Assembly: GCA_965223545.1 (NCBI GenBank)
Contig: OZ245006.1
Span: 5,696,001 to 5,760,000, forward strand
Length of the DNA stretch: 64,000 nt
Origin: Planctomycetota bacterium
GTDB taxonomy: Bacteria; Planctomycetota; UBA1135; UBA2386
Direction of reading: 5' to 3'
The position numbers and the translations under genes were made by a program. Under the pieces are notes generated by a model. That model had not been told where the DNA came from. It searched no databases and saw only the letters and a list, made by a program, of their open reading frames with translations. Shown here one piece after another: positions 45,622-57,286 of this stretch. How positions within the stretch are numbered: position 1 is the stretch's first letter; every line of letters starts with the position of its first letter.

Positions 45622-47454
45622 TCACTCCGGCAGGCGCCAGGGCTTGGCCGCGTCGGGCGCGCTGTCGAGCTTCAGCTCGATCGAGAACGGCAGGCTCTTG
45701 CTCTTGCTCTTCTCGGACCACTGCACCCACAACTTGACCTTGACGCGGTCCTTGCCGTCGACGGCGTCCAGCGCGAACGTCGTGTCCTTCGGCTTGCCGC
45801 TCGCGCTGACGTCGTCGGTTTCGAACGCCGCCAGGCACTCGCCGTCGTTGTTGCGCACGAGGATCATGCTCTTGGTGGTGTCGATCTTGCGCTTGCCGAT
45901 CACCACGTGCTTGATCTTGGCGGCGGCGTCCTTCTCGGCCAGATCGTCCTCGGTGATGCCGTAGCGCTGCACGATCCCCTTCCACTTGCCCTCTTCTTCC
46001 TCGGGTGGCTCCTGCCCCGCGGCCTCGGCCTTGCGCCGCGCCATCACCGCGCGGTTGCCGACCTTGATCGCATCGACCAGCTCCTTGGGCATGCCCTTCT
46101 GCCGGAACGCGAGCAGGTACGTGCCCGGCTCGAGCTCCGGCTCGGCCAGCTTGACCGAGGAAACCAGGACCCCGAAGGCGATCGGGCGCTCCTGCAGCGT
46201 TTCGCGCAGCTTGCCGAGAGCGGGCGTGCCGTCGATGGCCAGATGGTTGTACGGCACGATGGCGATCGCGCTGTAGCCCTTGATCAGGCGGCCGTCCTCG
46301 CCGAGGTCGTAGCGCTCGATGCCGACCTGGCGGTCCATCGCCGCCGATTGCCCTTCGCCGTAGTTGTTGGGATCGAACTCGAGCGCGATGCGCGAGCGGG
46401 CCATGTCGCGCGCCGGCGCGTGGGTCTTGGCGAGGCGGAAGCCGACGCCCTCGATGGTCTGCGTGGTGCCGAGGTAGGCGCGGGTCTGGACCCGCAGCTC
46501 GGCGGGGTCCTGCCACGAGAAGTAGCTCGCTCCCTTGGTGACGCCGGCGGCGCCCTTGAAGTCGGGCTCCTCGAGCTTCTCCTCGAACTTCTTCTTCTTG
46601 AGGCGGTCGAGCTCGCGCCGGTAGAGGTCGTCGCCGTTGACCGGGTAGTAGACGGCCACGTCGGTCCACTCCCAGACGTTGCCGACCATGTCTTCGTGGC
46701 CGAACGGCCCGCGCGCCAACTCGCCGAGCTCGCCGACGCGCTTGATCTTCTGCTCGCGCGGGCTGGCGATGCGCAACTTTTTCAGCCAGTCGCGCTCCCA
46801 TTCGTCGCCCCAGAGGAATTGCCGCGGTTCGGCACCGGTGGCGGCGAACACCCATTCGGCCTCGGTCGGCAGGCGGGTGCCGGCCCAGGCGGCGAACGCC
46901 AAGGCATCGCGCCGCGAGACGAAGGTCACCGGAAACTGCTCTTGACCCTCGGGGATCGCGTACGGCAGGTCGCGGTAGTACTGCTCCCAATAGAACATCT
47001 CGGGGCCGGTCTCACCGGGGTAGGCCTCCTTGGCCTTGACCCGCATCGCCTCGAAATGATCGGGCTTGCCTTCCTTCCACCAGTGGTAGGGGAACCGGTG
47101 GCCGGTCGCCTTGACGAACTCCAGGTACTGTTCGTTGGTCACCGGGTAGCGGCTGAGGAAGTACGAGTCGACCTCGTGCTCCTTTGCGCCCAGCTCGGAC
47201 ATCAGCTTGCGCAAGAGCCTCATCTTGCGCTTCTCGTCGCGCGGCTGGAACACCTCGACGGTGTCCCACAGCGCGTCGGCTTCGGTGCCGACGGTGACTT
47301 TGCCGTCGGGCACTTCGATCAAGCTGGACGGCAGCTCCGGCGGAGGAGCGGCGATGGCTTGGGATTGTGCGAGCAGGGGAGAGCCGAGGCCGAGAAGGGC
47401 GAAGCCCAGGGCCGGGGCGGACGCTGCCATGATGGCGGTGGTCGGGAGACGCAT
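45622..47454 (-). CDS. Exported FGE-sulfatase (SUMF1/PvdO/GldK-like) domain protein with C-terminal extension
   Basis: Signal peptide; PVTNEQY, PVTFVS..DA, RLPTEAEW, DMVGNVWEW, GVGFR. Confidence 0.85.
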   Translation of the reverse strand: MRLPTTAIMAASAPALGFALLGLGSPLLAQSQAIAAPPPELPSSLIEVPDGKVTVGTEADALWDTVEVFQPRDEKRKMRLLRKLMSELGAKEHEVDSYFLSRYPVTNEQYLEFVKATGHRFPYHWWKEGKPDHFEAMRVKAKEAYPGETGPEMFYWEQYYRDLPYAIPEGQEQFPVTFVSRRDALAFAAWAGTRLPTEAEWVFAATGAEPRQFLWGDEWERDWLKKLRIASPREQKIKRVGELGELARGPFGHEDMVGNVWEWTDVAVYYPVNGDDLYRRELDRLKKKKFEEKLEEPDFKGAAGVTKGASYFSWQDPAELRVQTRAYLGTTQTIEGVGFRLAKTHAPARDMARSRIALEFDPNNYGEGQSAAMDRQVGIERYDLGEDGRLIKGYSAIAIVPYNHLAIDGTPALGKLRETLQERPIAFGVLVSSVKLAEPELEPGTYLLAFRQKGMPKELVDAIKVGNRAVMARRKAEAAGQEPPEEEEGKWKGIVQRYGITEDDLAEKDAAAKIKHVVIGKRKIDTTKSMILVRNNDGECLAAFETDDVSASGKPKDTTFALDAVDGKDRVKVKLWVQWSEKSKSKSLPFSIELKLDSAPDAAKPWRLPE

Positions 47455-47597
47455 CGGCAAATGGAGAGTCGGTGGGGGAGGGGCCGCGAGAAGGTATCAG
47501 GGTGGATCGCCAGCCGCCAGACCGGGGGTGCCGGACACCCTCTGGTGCCCTTAAGTGCCCGTGGGGCGGCGCAGCGCGGCTCTCGGCCGCTTCTCTC

Positions 47598-48605
47598 CTA
47601 GAACAAGTGCCCCGGCTGGTTTGAGAAAAAACTCAGGCCCGAGCGCTCGAGGCCGTCGGCCACCAGGTGCGCCAGATCGGGGTCGAAGTGCTTGCCGGCC
47701 TGATCGCGGAAGAAATCGACGATGCGCGGCACCTCCCACGCCTGCTTGTACGACCGCGTCGAGCGCAGCGCGTCGAACACCTCGGCCAACACCAGGATGC
47801 GGCCCGGCAGCTCCACCTCCTCGCCGGCGAGTCTCTCGGGGTAGCCCTTGCCGTCCCAGCGCTCGTGGTGCTGATACACCCAGCGCCGGGCGCGCTCGTG
47901 TCCCTCCAACGGCGCCAGGATCTCGTAGCCCATCTTCGGGTGGCGCTTGACCACCTCGCGCTCGTCCGGCGTGAGCGGCCCCTCTTTGCCGAGAATGCTC
48001 TGCGGGATGCCGATCTTGCCGACGTCGTGCAGCAAGCTCGCCAGCCGCAGCGCCTCGTATTCGCTCTCATCGAGGCGGCAGTGGCGCGCCAGCGTCTCGG
48101 AATAGCCGACCACCCGCTCGCTGTGGCCCGCGGTCATCGGGTCGTTGACCTCGATGCAGCGCGGTACGATGTCGGTGAGCACGCGCAGCTGGGCTTGCAG
48201 GCGCTCGTTGCGCCGCCGGATCGACCACTCGTCGATCGCCCAGCGGCACGCCGACAACAGTGTCTCTGGGGGGCAGGGTTTGACGACGATCTGTCGGACC
48301 TGCGACCGGATCGCCTCGTGCGCGCCCTCGAGCGTGGGGTTGCCGGTGACCAAGATCACCGGCACGGGCGGCTGTTTGGCGCGCGCCATCTCGGCGACTT
48401 CGTAGCCCAGCGCGTTGCCGTCGAGGTAGAGGTCGGTGAGGACCAGATCGAGGGGCTGGTTGGCCAGCGCGGCCCGGGCTCCGGCGAGATCGGCGTGGCA
48501 CAGCACGTCGTAGCCGGCGTCGGCGAGCACCTGGCCGAAGAACGCGAGTGCATCGGGATCGTCGTCGACCGCGAGGATCCGGTGGCGCGGCGGGGCGGGC
48601 TTCAA
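47598..48605 (-). CDS. Response regulator with HD-GYP (c-di-GMP phosphodiesterase) output
   Basis: REC: AVDDD, LTDLYL, VKP; HD-GYP: TAGHSERV, LHDVGKIG, HHERWDGKGYP. Confidence 0.92.
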   Translation of the reverse strand: MKPAPPRHRILAVDDDPDALAFFGQVLADAGYDVLCHADLAGARAALANQPLDLVLTDLYLDGNALGYEVAEMARAKQPPVPVILVTGNPTLEGAHEAIRSQVRQIVVKPCPPETLLSACRWAIDEWSIRRRNERLQAQLRVLTDIVPRCIEVNDPMTAGHSERVVGYSETLARHCRLDESEYEALRLASLLHDVGKIGIPQSILGKEGPLTPDEREVVKRHPKMGYEILAPLEGHERARRWVYQHHERWDGKGYPERLAGEEVELPGRILVLAEVFDALRSTRSYKQAWEVPRIVDFFRDQAGKHFDPDLAHLVADGLERSGLSFFSNQPGHLF

Positions 48606-48735
48606 GAGTGGACGGCGGGAGCGAAGGACTACGCGAGGGCGGGATCATGCCGCAAACCGACCGCCAAAGCCAATTGCCGCGGACCGCGCCGGCCACCTCG
48701 TTGCGGCGCTCCGCCCGAGGTGCAATCCTCTGCGC

Positions 48736-49689
48736 ATGAGCGCGCCGACTCCACTGCGCCGCCGGGTGCCGTCCGAGGCGGAGGGCTGCCGGCTCGATGT
48801 GTTCCTCGCGCGGCAGCCGGAGGTCGGCTCGCGCGCGCTGGCCAAGGCGCTCGTGCAGCAGGGCCATGTCCGTGTCGACCGCGCCGCCTGCAAGCCCGGC
48901 CAGACGCTGAGCGGCGGCCAATCGGTGAGCTTCGTCGTCGTCGAGCCGGTCGACCGCGCGCCGGCGCGCAAGCCGCTGCCGCCGCTCAAGGTGTTGTACG
49001 AGGACCCGTATCTGGCGGTCATCGACAAGCAGGCGGGCGTGCCGGTGCACCCGCCGGAGGCCGGGCGCAGCCACGACGGCGTGGACATCGCGCACATGGC
49101 GGCGGTCCGCTTCGGCCGGCTGCCGACCATCTCGGGCGACGACCGGCCGGGGATCGTGCACCGGCTGGACAAGGACACCACCGGGGTGATGGTGCTGCCG
49201 CGCACCGACGAGGCGTTCCATTTCGTGCAGAGCCAGTTTCGGGCGCGGACCATGACCAAGGAGTACCGCGCGATCTGCTACGGCGATCCGCGCTTCGACT
49301 CGGACTGGGTCGAGCGCAACATCGCCGTGCACCCCAAGCGCGACTGCATGATGGTCACCGACGAGGGCGGCAAGGAGGCGTCGACCTTCTGGCAAGTGCT
49401 GGAGCGGTTCGGCGACCTCAGCTGGATGCGCTGCCAGCCGAAGACCGGCCGCACGCATCAGATCCGCGTCCACATGGCCAGCATCGGGCACGCGTTGGTG
49501 GGCGATCGCATCTACAAGCGGCACCGCGCCAACGACCGCCTGCCGGCAGAGGCACCCGACCCCGGCCGGCAGTGCCTGCATGCCTACCGCCTGGTCTTGA
49601 AGCACCCGCGCACCCACGAGGACATGGTCTTCGAAGCGCCACTCCCCGCCGACATCCAGCGGCTGCTCAACTGGCTGCGGTCCCGCTGA
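48736..49689 (+). CDS. rluD: RluA/RluD family 23S rRNA pseudouridine synthase with S4 domain
   Basis: S4 RLDVFL..SR; DKQAGVPVHP; RPGIVHRLDKDTTG; TGRTHQIRVH; LHAYRL. Confidence 0.85.
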   Translation: MSAPTPLRRRVPSEAEGCRLDVFLARQPEVGSRALAKALVQQGHVRVDRAACKPGQTLSGGQSVSFVVVEPVDRAPARKPLPPLKVLYEDPYLAVIDKQAGVPVHPPEAGRSHDGVDIAHMAAVRFGRLPTISGDDRPGIVHRLDKDTTGVMVLPRTDEAFHFVQSQFRARTMTKEYRAICYGDPRFDSDWVERNIAVHPKRDCMMVTDEGGKEASTFWQVLERFGDLSWMRCQPKTGRTHQIRVHMASIGHALVGDRIYKRHRANDRLPAEAPDPGRQCLHAYRLVLKHPRTHEDMVFEAPLPADIQRLLNWLRSR

Positions 49690-49827
49690 CGCGTCGGTCC
49701 GTTCCGCCGGTCGCGCGCGGTGGGCTCGGCCGCATCGCCGGGTCAGCCCCGAGGCGTGTGGAATGCCGGTGGGGACCCTTCGCGTTCGGTGGGAGCCGAG
49801 GTAAGGTCGCCGCTCCGGGTCGGATGA

Positions 49828-51225
<1,398 letters not shown>

Positions 51226-51229
51226 CGAC

Positions 51230-51260
51230 AGTACGGAGCCTGGCTCCGTTTCATCACTTC
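51230..51260 (+). repeat. 31-bp palindromic intergenic repeat, copy 2
   Basis: AGTACGGAGCCTGGCTCCGTTTCATCACTTC, 4 nt after the gdhA stop; stem ACGGAGC/GCTCCGT. Confidence 0.8.
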
Positions 51261-51330
51261 GCCACCCGGTACCCGCCGCGGTTCAGCTCACCCCACCGCG
51301 CTGCCGATATCCGAACCGGAGGTCGGTGGA

Positions 51331-53871
51331 GTGGAGGCGCCAAGCTTGTTCGGCGGCGCGCGGCTGCGGGCCGCGGTCCCCGTAGAAGGTGCGTTGTGCT
51401 GGGTACTGCTGGCCGCTGCGGCGGCCTGCAGCGCCGGTGGAGGTGCGGCGCCGCTGAGCAGCGCGGTCTCCTCGCTGTCCGCGCCCGCCCAGGTGCGCGG
51501 TGACGTGACCATCGACTTCGTGTTGACCGCTCCGGTCGCGACGACGCACGACCTCCTCGTCGAGGTGTCGCGGGACGGCGGCCTGCGCTGGTCGCCGGCG
51601 CGCACCCGCGCCGGCACGACCGGCTTGACGTCGACCCCGGCGGGCGCCGCGCACTCGCTGGTCTGGGACTCGCTCGCCGACGCTGGCTTTCGCGATACGA
51701 CGGGAGTGCGCCTCCGCCTCACGCCGGTGCGCGGTGGGTCGCGCGGTACCGCGGCCGTGGTCGATTTGCCGCCGGCAGACAACCTCGCGCTGGCGGCCGC
51801 CGCGGTGCGGACCTACATGGTGCACTACGGTGCGTTGTCCGCCGCCGAGATCGCGCTGGCCGAGCAGCACGACCTGGTCATCGTCCATCCGTTTGCCGGT
51901 GCGCTCGATGTCGCCACGGTGGATGCCATCAAGGACGGGGTCGACCCCGACGACCCGGCCGACGACGTCCTGGTGCTGGCCTACATCTCGATCGGCGAGG
52001 ACCTGCGCACCATCGGCTGGACGGACGCGCAGCTGCTGACCGATCCCCGCTTCGTCGGTGACGGAAGTGGACCGCGGATCGACCCGCGCGGGCCCAACGC
52101 CGATGGCCAACCGCTCACCGGCATCGATCCGCTCGGCATCCCGTCCAACGGCGGCACCGGCTACGCCTCGTGGTTCCTGGACGACAACTCGGTCGACAAC
52201 AGCGGCACCGGCACCGGCGACGGCCTCCCGGACCGCAATGCGATCTTCGGTGGCGCGTTCGCCAACGCCGGCGATCCGCAGTGGTTCGACGTGCTCGACC
52301 AGATGCTGTTCGACGGCCTGGATGGCGTGCCCGGCATGGCAGAGCTGCTGACCGCGGGCGCTGGGCGCGGCTACGCCTGCGACGGCTTGTTCCTCGACAC
52401 CGTCGACACCTGCGCCCCCAACAGCTTCACCAACGCGAGCAGCTTCAATCAGTCCGAGTTCGAGTGGACCGCGCCCGGCTTCCGCGACTTCATGGCTCGC
52501 CTCGAGCAGCGCTACCCCGACAAGCTGGTGCTGCAGAACCGCGGTCTGTTCTTATACGACCCGCGGCACCCGCACATGGCGGTCAACCCGCGGGCGCACG
52601 TCGACTTCGTCATGTTCGAGAGCTTCCGCCTCAACTCGAACAAGAGCGAAGAGTTCCACTTCTGGTTCTATCCCGACAACCGGTTCAACGCCGCGCCCAA
52701 GCTGGTCGCGGAGGCGGCCCGCAACGACGGTTTCATCGTGCTGTCCCTGGGGTATGCCGAGGGACCGGCCGCCACCATGAGCACCGCCACTCTGGTCGGC
52801 GGTTCCACGCTGGGGCACGCCTCGCTGCTCGAGGACATCACCGTCACCCAGGACGAGCTCGGCTTCCGGCACTACCTCACCGACGATCTGTTGCAGCTGG
52901 CGAACCGGTTCGTGCTCGACAACGGCCGCCTAGACGACGGCCTGCCGCCGCGCTGGAGCAGCACCTACAACGACAACGACCGCACGTTCCCCACTCCACC
53001 CGAGGCGCCGACCCCGCGGGTCGGCGTGCAAGAGGTCGTCGCCGGCCCCGGGTGCGCGATCGTGCGCTGGGACGTCGCCGTCGACTTCGACCGCGTGTCC
53101 TACACCTTGTACTACGACGACCAGCCGCTGGACTTCGCCGGCGATCCCGACCTGGCAGCGGCCACCGCGATCACCGTGGTCCCCGAACAGGCCGATGGCT
53201 ACGCCACCAGCTACGGGCCGACGGTGTTCGCCAACCAAACCACCGTGACCGGATTGACCAGCGGCACGCGCTACTACTTCTGTCTGCGCGCGGCGGACGC
53301 CCGCGGCAACGAGGAGAAGAACCAGGTCGAGCACAGCGCCGTGCCCCTCGGCCTCACCACCATCGCCATCGATGGCGACTTCGCGGACTGGGCCGGGGTG
53401 CCGGCGCAGCACGACGACCCCGCCGACTCGCCGGACTCCGCCGGCCCAGACTGGCTGTCACTGTCCGTCGCCAACGACACCCAGAACCTCTACGTCCGCT
53501 TCGGCTCCGAGCACGCCTTCAATCTGGATGGATCGCCGGCCTACGGCTTCTCTCGCACGCTCATCATGATCGACGTCGACGATGACCCCGCCACCGGCTA
53601 CGCGGCGACGGGTGCGGTCGGCAGCGAGTTGTTGGTGTTCGGCAGCGATCTCTACGCGCAGGCGGCGGGTGTCTTCAACGCCGGCTACCTCACCGCCCTG
53701 AGCGTGGCGCCGACCACGGCGATCACCGATTGCGAGCTGGCCATCCCGCTCGCCGAGATCTACGCCGCGCACCCGACGGCCTCGCGCCTGCGCCTGCTGT
53801 TCCTCAACGACGACGTGTTCGACTGGGCGCCCGACAGCGGCAGCGTGCAGTACACCATCGTGACACCGTGA
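51331..53871 (+). CDS. Multidomain lipoprotein: GH114/PelA-like glycoside hydrolase + FN3 + C-terminal carbohydrate-binding-like domain
   Basis: Lipobox AAAAC; LAYISIGED, DGLFLDTVD, LQNRG, VMFES; FN3 VTGLTSGTRYYFCLRAAD..GNE; IDGDFADW. Confidence 0.72.
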   Translation: MEAPSLFGGARLRAAVPVEGALCWVLLAAAAACSAGGGAAPLSSAVSSLSAPAQVRGDVTIDFVLTAPVATTHDLLVEVSRDGGLRWSPARTRAGTTGLTSTPAGAAHSLVWDSLADAGFRDTTGVRLRLTPVRGGSRGTAAVVDLPPADNLALAAAAVRTYMVHYGALSAAEIALAEQHDLVIVHPFAGALDVATVDAIKDGVDPDDPADDVLVLAYISIGEDLRTIGWTDAQLLTDPRFVGDGSGPRIDPRGPNADGQPLTGIDPLGIPSNGGTGYASWFLDDNSVDNSGTGTGDGLPDRNAIFGGAFANAGDPQWFDVLDQMLFDGLDGVPGMAELLTAGAGRGYACDGLFLDTVDTCAPNSFTNASSFNQSEFEWTAPGFRDFMARLEQRYPDKLVLQNRGLFLYDPRHPHMAVNPRAHVDFVMFESFRLNSNKSEEFHFWFYPDNRFNAAPKLVAEAARNDGFIVLSLGYAEGPAATMSTATLVGGSTLGHASLLEDITVTQDELGFRHYLTDDLLQLANRFVLDNGRLDDGLPPRWSSTYNDNDRTFPTPPEAPTPRVGVQEVVAGPGCAIVRWDVAVDFDRVSYTLYYDDQPLDFAGDPDLAAATAITVVPEQADGYATSYGPTVFANQTTVTGLTSGTRYYFCLRAADARGNEEKNQVEHSAVPLGLTTIAIDGDFADWAGVPAQHDDPADSPDSAGPDWLSLSVANDTQNLYVRFGSEHAFNLDGSPAYGFSRTLIMIDVDDDPATGYAATGAVGSELLVFGSDLYAQAAGVFNAGYLTALSVAPTTAITDCELAIPLAEIYAAHPTASRLRLLFLNDDVFDWAPDSGSVQYTIVTP

Positions 53872-53953
53872 CGATTCGGCCGCTGCCGCCAGCGGCGAGG
53901 CGTTCGAGAATGTTGTCGCCAGGCGAGACCCCTCGCACCCAGAATTGCGTGCC

Positions 53954-55501
53954 ATGTGGTTCTTGTGGTGGCTGCTCGCCGCGCTGCTGGCCTTGCTGGT
54001 CTACGACCTGCTGCAGACCAAGCACGCGATCCTGCGCAACTTCCCGATCATCGGGCACATGCGTTACCTGCTCGAGTCGATCGGTCCCGAGCTGCGCCAG
54101 TACATCGTCACCGACAACGACGAGGAGCGTCCCTTCAGCCGCGACCAGCGCCGCTGGGTCTACACATCGGCGAAGAAGGCCAACACGTACTTCGGGTTCG
54201 GCACCGACAACGACGTCGAGAACCTGCCCAACTACCTGATCCTCAAGCAGCGCGCCTTTCCGCTCGATTCGCCGCGGGTCGGCGAGACCGACTACGACCC
54301 GGACTATCGGCTGCCGTGTGCCAAGGTTCTCGGTGCGGCGCGCGGCCGCCGCCATGCGTTTCGGCCGGCGTCGGTCGTCAGCGTGTCGGCGATGAGCTAC
54401 GGCTCGCTGAGCTCGGCGGCGATCGAGGCGCTCAACAAGGGCTGCAAACGGGCCGGCTGTCTGCACAACACGGGCGAAGGTGGGGTGTCACTGCACCACC
54501 AGCATGGCGGTGATCTGATCTGGCAGATCGGCACCGGCTACTTCGGCTGTCGCACGCCGGAAGGCGACTTCAGCATGGAGCGCCTTCGCGACGTGGTCGG
54601 ACGCTGTCAGGTGCGGGCGATCGAAGTGAAGCTGAGTCAGGGCGCCAAACCGGGTCTCGGCGGCGTGCTGCCCAAGGCGAAGATCACCGCCGAGATCAGC
54701 CGCATCCGCGGCGTGCCGCGCGGCCGGGACTGCATCAGTCCGGCGCGCCATCGCGCCTTCGGCGACGTCGATGGCTTGCTCGACTTCGTCGAGCAGATCG
54801 CGGAGGCCACCGGGTTGCCGGTCGGCATCAAGTCGGCGGTCGGCGAGAGCGCGTTCTGGGTCGAGCTGGCGCAGCTGATGGAACGCGGCGACCGGGGCGT
54901 TGACTTCATCGCCGTCGACGGTGGCGAGGGCGGCACGGGCGCCGCGCCGCTGTCGTTCTCCGACCACGTGTCGCTGCCGTTCAAGATCGGCATGAGCCGC
55001 GTCTACCGCGTCTTTGCCGAGCGCGGCCTACAGCAGCGGATCGTGTTCATCGGCGCCGGCAAGCTGGGGTTTCCCGAGACCGGTGCGCTGGCCATGGCCA
55101 TGGGATGCGACCTGATTGGCGTGGCGCGTGAGGCGATGCTGGCGATCGGCTGCATCCAGGCACAGCGCTGCCACAACGGACACTGTCCCACGGGCGTGGC
55201 AACCCAGAACGCGTGGTTGGTGCGTGGTCTCGATCCTCAGGACAAGGCGGCGCGGCTCGCCAACTACATGATCACTCTGCGCAAGGAGCTGCTGCGTCTG
55301 GGCCACGCGGCCGGCGTCTGCCACCCCGCCCTACTCAGCCCCGAGGACTTCGAGGTGCTGGACGATCGCTTCACGGCGGCACCGGTGTACGAACGGTTTG
55401 GCTATGAACGCACCTGGCAGCCGCTGAGCGCCGAGGACCGCGCGGCGATCACCGCGCTGATGAACGGGCCGACGGGCCAGCGCACTCCGGCGATCGCGTG
55501 A
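53954..55501 (+). CDS. FMN-binding glutamate synthase family protein (membrane-anchored)
   Basis: SAMSYGSLS, NTGEGG, EVKLSQGAKPG.GG.LP, DGGEGGTGAAP, CIQAQRCH..HCPTGVATQ. Confidence 0.92.
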   Translation: MWFLWWLLAALLALLVYDLLQTKHAILRNFPIIGHMRYLLESIGPELRQYIVTDNDEERPFSRDQRRWVYTSAKKANTYFGFGTDNDVENLPNYLILKQRAFPLDSPRVGETDYDPDYRLPCAKVLGAARGRRHAFRPASVVSVSAMSYGSLSSAAIEALNKGCKRAGCLHNTGEGGVSLHHQHGGDLIWQIGTGYFGCRTPEGDFSMERLRDVVGRCQVRAIEVKLSQGAKPGLGGVLPKAKITAEISRIRGVPRGRDCISPARHRAFGDVDGLLDFVEQIAEATGLPVGIKSAVGESAFWVELAQLMERGDRGVDFIAVDGGEGGTGAAPLSFSDHVSLPFKIGMSRVYRVFAERGLQQRIVFIGAGKLGFPETGALAMAMGCDLIGVAREAMLAIGCIQAQRCHNGHCPTGVATQNAWLVRGLDPQDKAARLANYMITLRKELLRLGHAAGVCHPALLSPEDFEVLDDRFTAAPVYERFGYERTWQPLSAEDRAAITALMNGPTGQRTPAIA

Positions 55502-55671
55502 GCCCGACGATCGTTCCGCAACGCGCACTGCCATCGCGAGTTGCGCCCCGGGCCGCGCCACCGCGGCCGCCCTTCCGGCCGCCGCCTCGGTGTTAGCGCG
55601 ATTCTGACAAATCAACGTCGGCCGTTTGGGCGCTTGAGCTTGCGGCGCTCGTGCGCTCAGTTCTGCGCATC

Positions 55672-57243
55672 ATGAATTGCCACGTCTCGAATGGGCAGCC
55701 GCGCCGATGGTCGATCGCCGCGCTCCTCTTGCCCCTTACCTTGTTCTTTGCCGCCGCCGCGGCACCTGCGCAGGTCAACGCCACGTCACCGCTGGGGACC
55801 AACTTCGCGCGCGTCGAGTACTTCGGCTCCGAGTTGGTGTTCGTCGATCTGATGAAGCAGTCCTCGGATTGGATCCCGCAGCTGGTCTCCGGCGGTCCGT
55901 GGACGACCGGCGCGACGCTGGATGTCGATGCCGACGATTGGATCAAGACGCTGCAGCCCGGCCAAGCCGCGGCGACCCTGATGCGGCGCAGCATCGAGGG
56001 CCACTATCCCGGTGGAAAGTATCTCGTGCTGTGGGACGGTGATGGCGATCTCGAGGTCAGCTTCGACGCGACCGCGACCCTGGTCACGCCGGGTCGCATC
56101 GAGATGGATGTCAACCCCAGCGATGCCGGCATTCTGCTGCGCGTGATCCGGACGGAGCCGTCGAACCCGGCGCGCAACATCCGCGTGATTCCGGCCAGCG
56201 CCGAGCAGACCTACGTGACGCAGCCATTCGAGCAGGCATTCCTCGATCGCTGGCAGTACTTCAAGGTGCTGCGCTTCATGGACTGGAGCCGCACCAATGA
56301 GACCACGGTCGGCACCTGGGCCCAGCGGACCCGGCCGACGGCGCGGACCCAGGCGATCGATCACGGCGTGGCCTATGAGTACATGCTCGAGTTCGCCAAT
56401 GCGATCGATGCCGATCCGTGGATCTGCGTGCCGCACCTGGCCGACGACAACTTCGTCACCCAGCTCGCCAACCTGTGCAAGGCGACGTTGAAGCCGGGGA
56501 TCACGGCCTACGTCGAATACTCGAACGAGGTCTGGAATCCGCTCTACCCGGCGCAGACCTACGCCGCCGCCGCCGGCCTCGGCTTGGGCCTATCGACCAA
56601 CACCTACGAGGCGTCGCTGCGCTTCTACGGCCAGCGCTCGGTGGAGATCTTCAACATCTTCCGGCAGGCGTTGGGCAACAACCGCGTCTATCGCGTGCTG
56701 TCGGGCCAGACCGTCAACCCCTACGTCTTGCAGACCGCGCTCAGCTGGCAGAACGTCGGCCAGAACGTCGACGGCATCGCCGTGGCGCCGTACATCGGCA
56801 CCGAGCTCGGCTCGCCGGCGAAGGCGTTTGCCACTTCGCAGATGTCGCTCGCCCAGGTCTTCTACGAGACCTACCTCGACATCGGCAAGTCGATGCAGAA
56901 CGTCGCCACCCACAAGCAGATCGCCGACCAGTACGGCGTCGATCTGATCACCTACGAGGGCGGCCAGAGCCTGGTCGGCTTCGGCGGCATGGAGAACCTG
57001 ACCACGCTGACGACGCTGTTGACGACCGTCAACCGCCACTTCGCGATGTTCTACCTGTACGACCTCTACCTGACTGCCTGGCGCGCCGCCGGCGGCCGGT
57101 TGTTCATGCACTTCAACTCGACCTCGTCGTACTCCAAGTGGGGCAGCTGGGGCGCGTTCGAGTGGCACGACCAGAGTCCGCTGACCGCGTTCAAGTACCT
57201 CGGCATGTTGGTGTTCTGGACCAAGAACCCGCGCTGGTGGTGA
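55672..57243 (+). CDS. Exported carbohydrate-active-like protein (TIM-barrel, often annotated cellulose-binding)
   Basis: Signal peptide; LRFMDW, DPWICVPH, YVEYSNEVWN, IAVAPY, TYEGGQ, GSWG motifs. Confidence 0.65.
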   Translation: MNCHVSNGQPRRWSIAALLLPLTLFFAAAAAPAQVNATSPLGTNFARVEYFGSELVFVDLMKQSSDWIPQLVSGGPWTTGATLDVDADDWIKTLQPGQAAATLMRRSIEGHYPGGKYLVLWDGDGDLEVSFDATATLVTPGRIEMDVNPSDAGILLRVIRTEPSNPARNIRVIPASAEQTYVTQPFEQAFLDRWQYFKVLRFMDWSRTNETTVGTWAQRTRPTARTQAIDHGVAYEYMLEFANAIDADPWICVPHLADDNFVTQLANLCKATLKPGITAYVEYSNEVWNPLYPAQTYAAAAGLGLGLSTNTYEASLRFYGQRSVEIFNIFRQALGNNRVYRVLSGQTVNPYVLQTALSWQNVGQNVDGIAVAPYIGTELGSPAKAFATSQMSLAQVFYETYLDIGKSMQNVATHKQIADQYGVDLITYEGGQSLVGFGGMENLTTLTTLLTTVNRHFAMFYLYDLYLTAWRAAGGRLFMHFNSTSSYSKWGSWGAFEWHDQSPLTAFKYLGMLVFWTKNPRWW

Positions 57244-57286
57244 GCCCGGCGCTGCGTCGCGGCCGCTCGGTCGGTCGCGGCGGCGT

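Noticed and set aside
47515..47546. Imperfect hairpin GGGTG-CCGGA-CACCC between HD-GYP and FGE genes
   Set aside because: Short and GC-rich with no U-tract or second copy in the window; not enough support.
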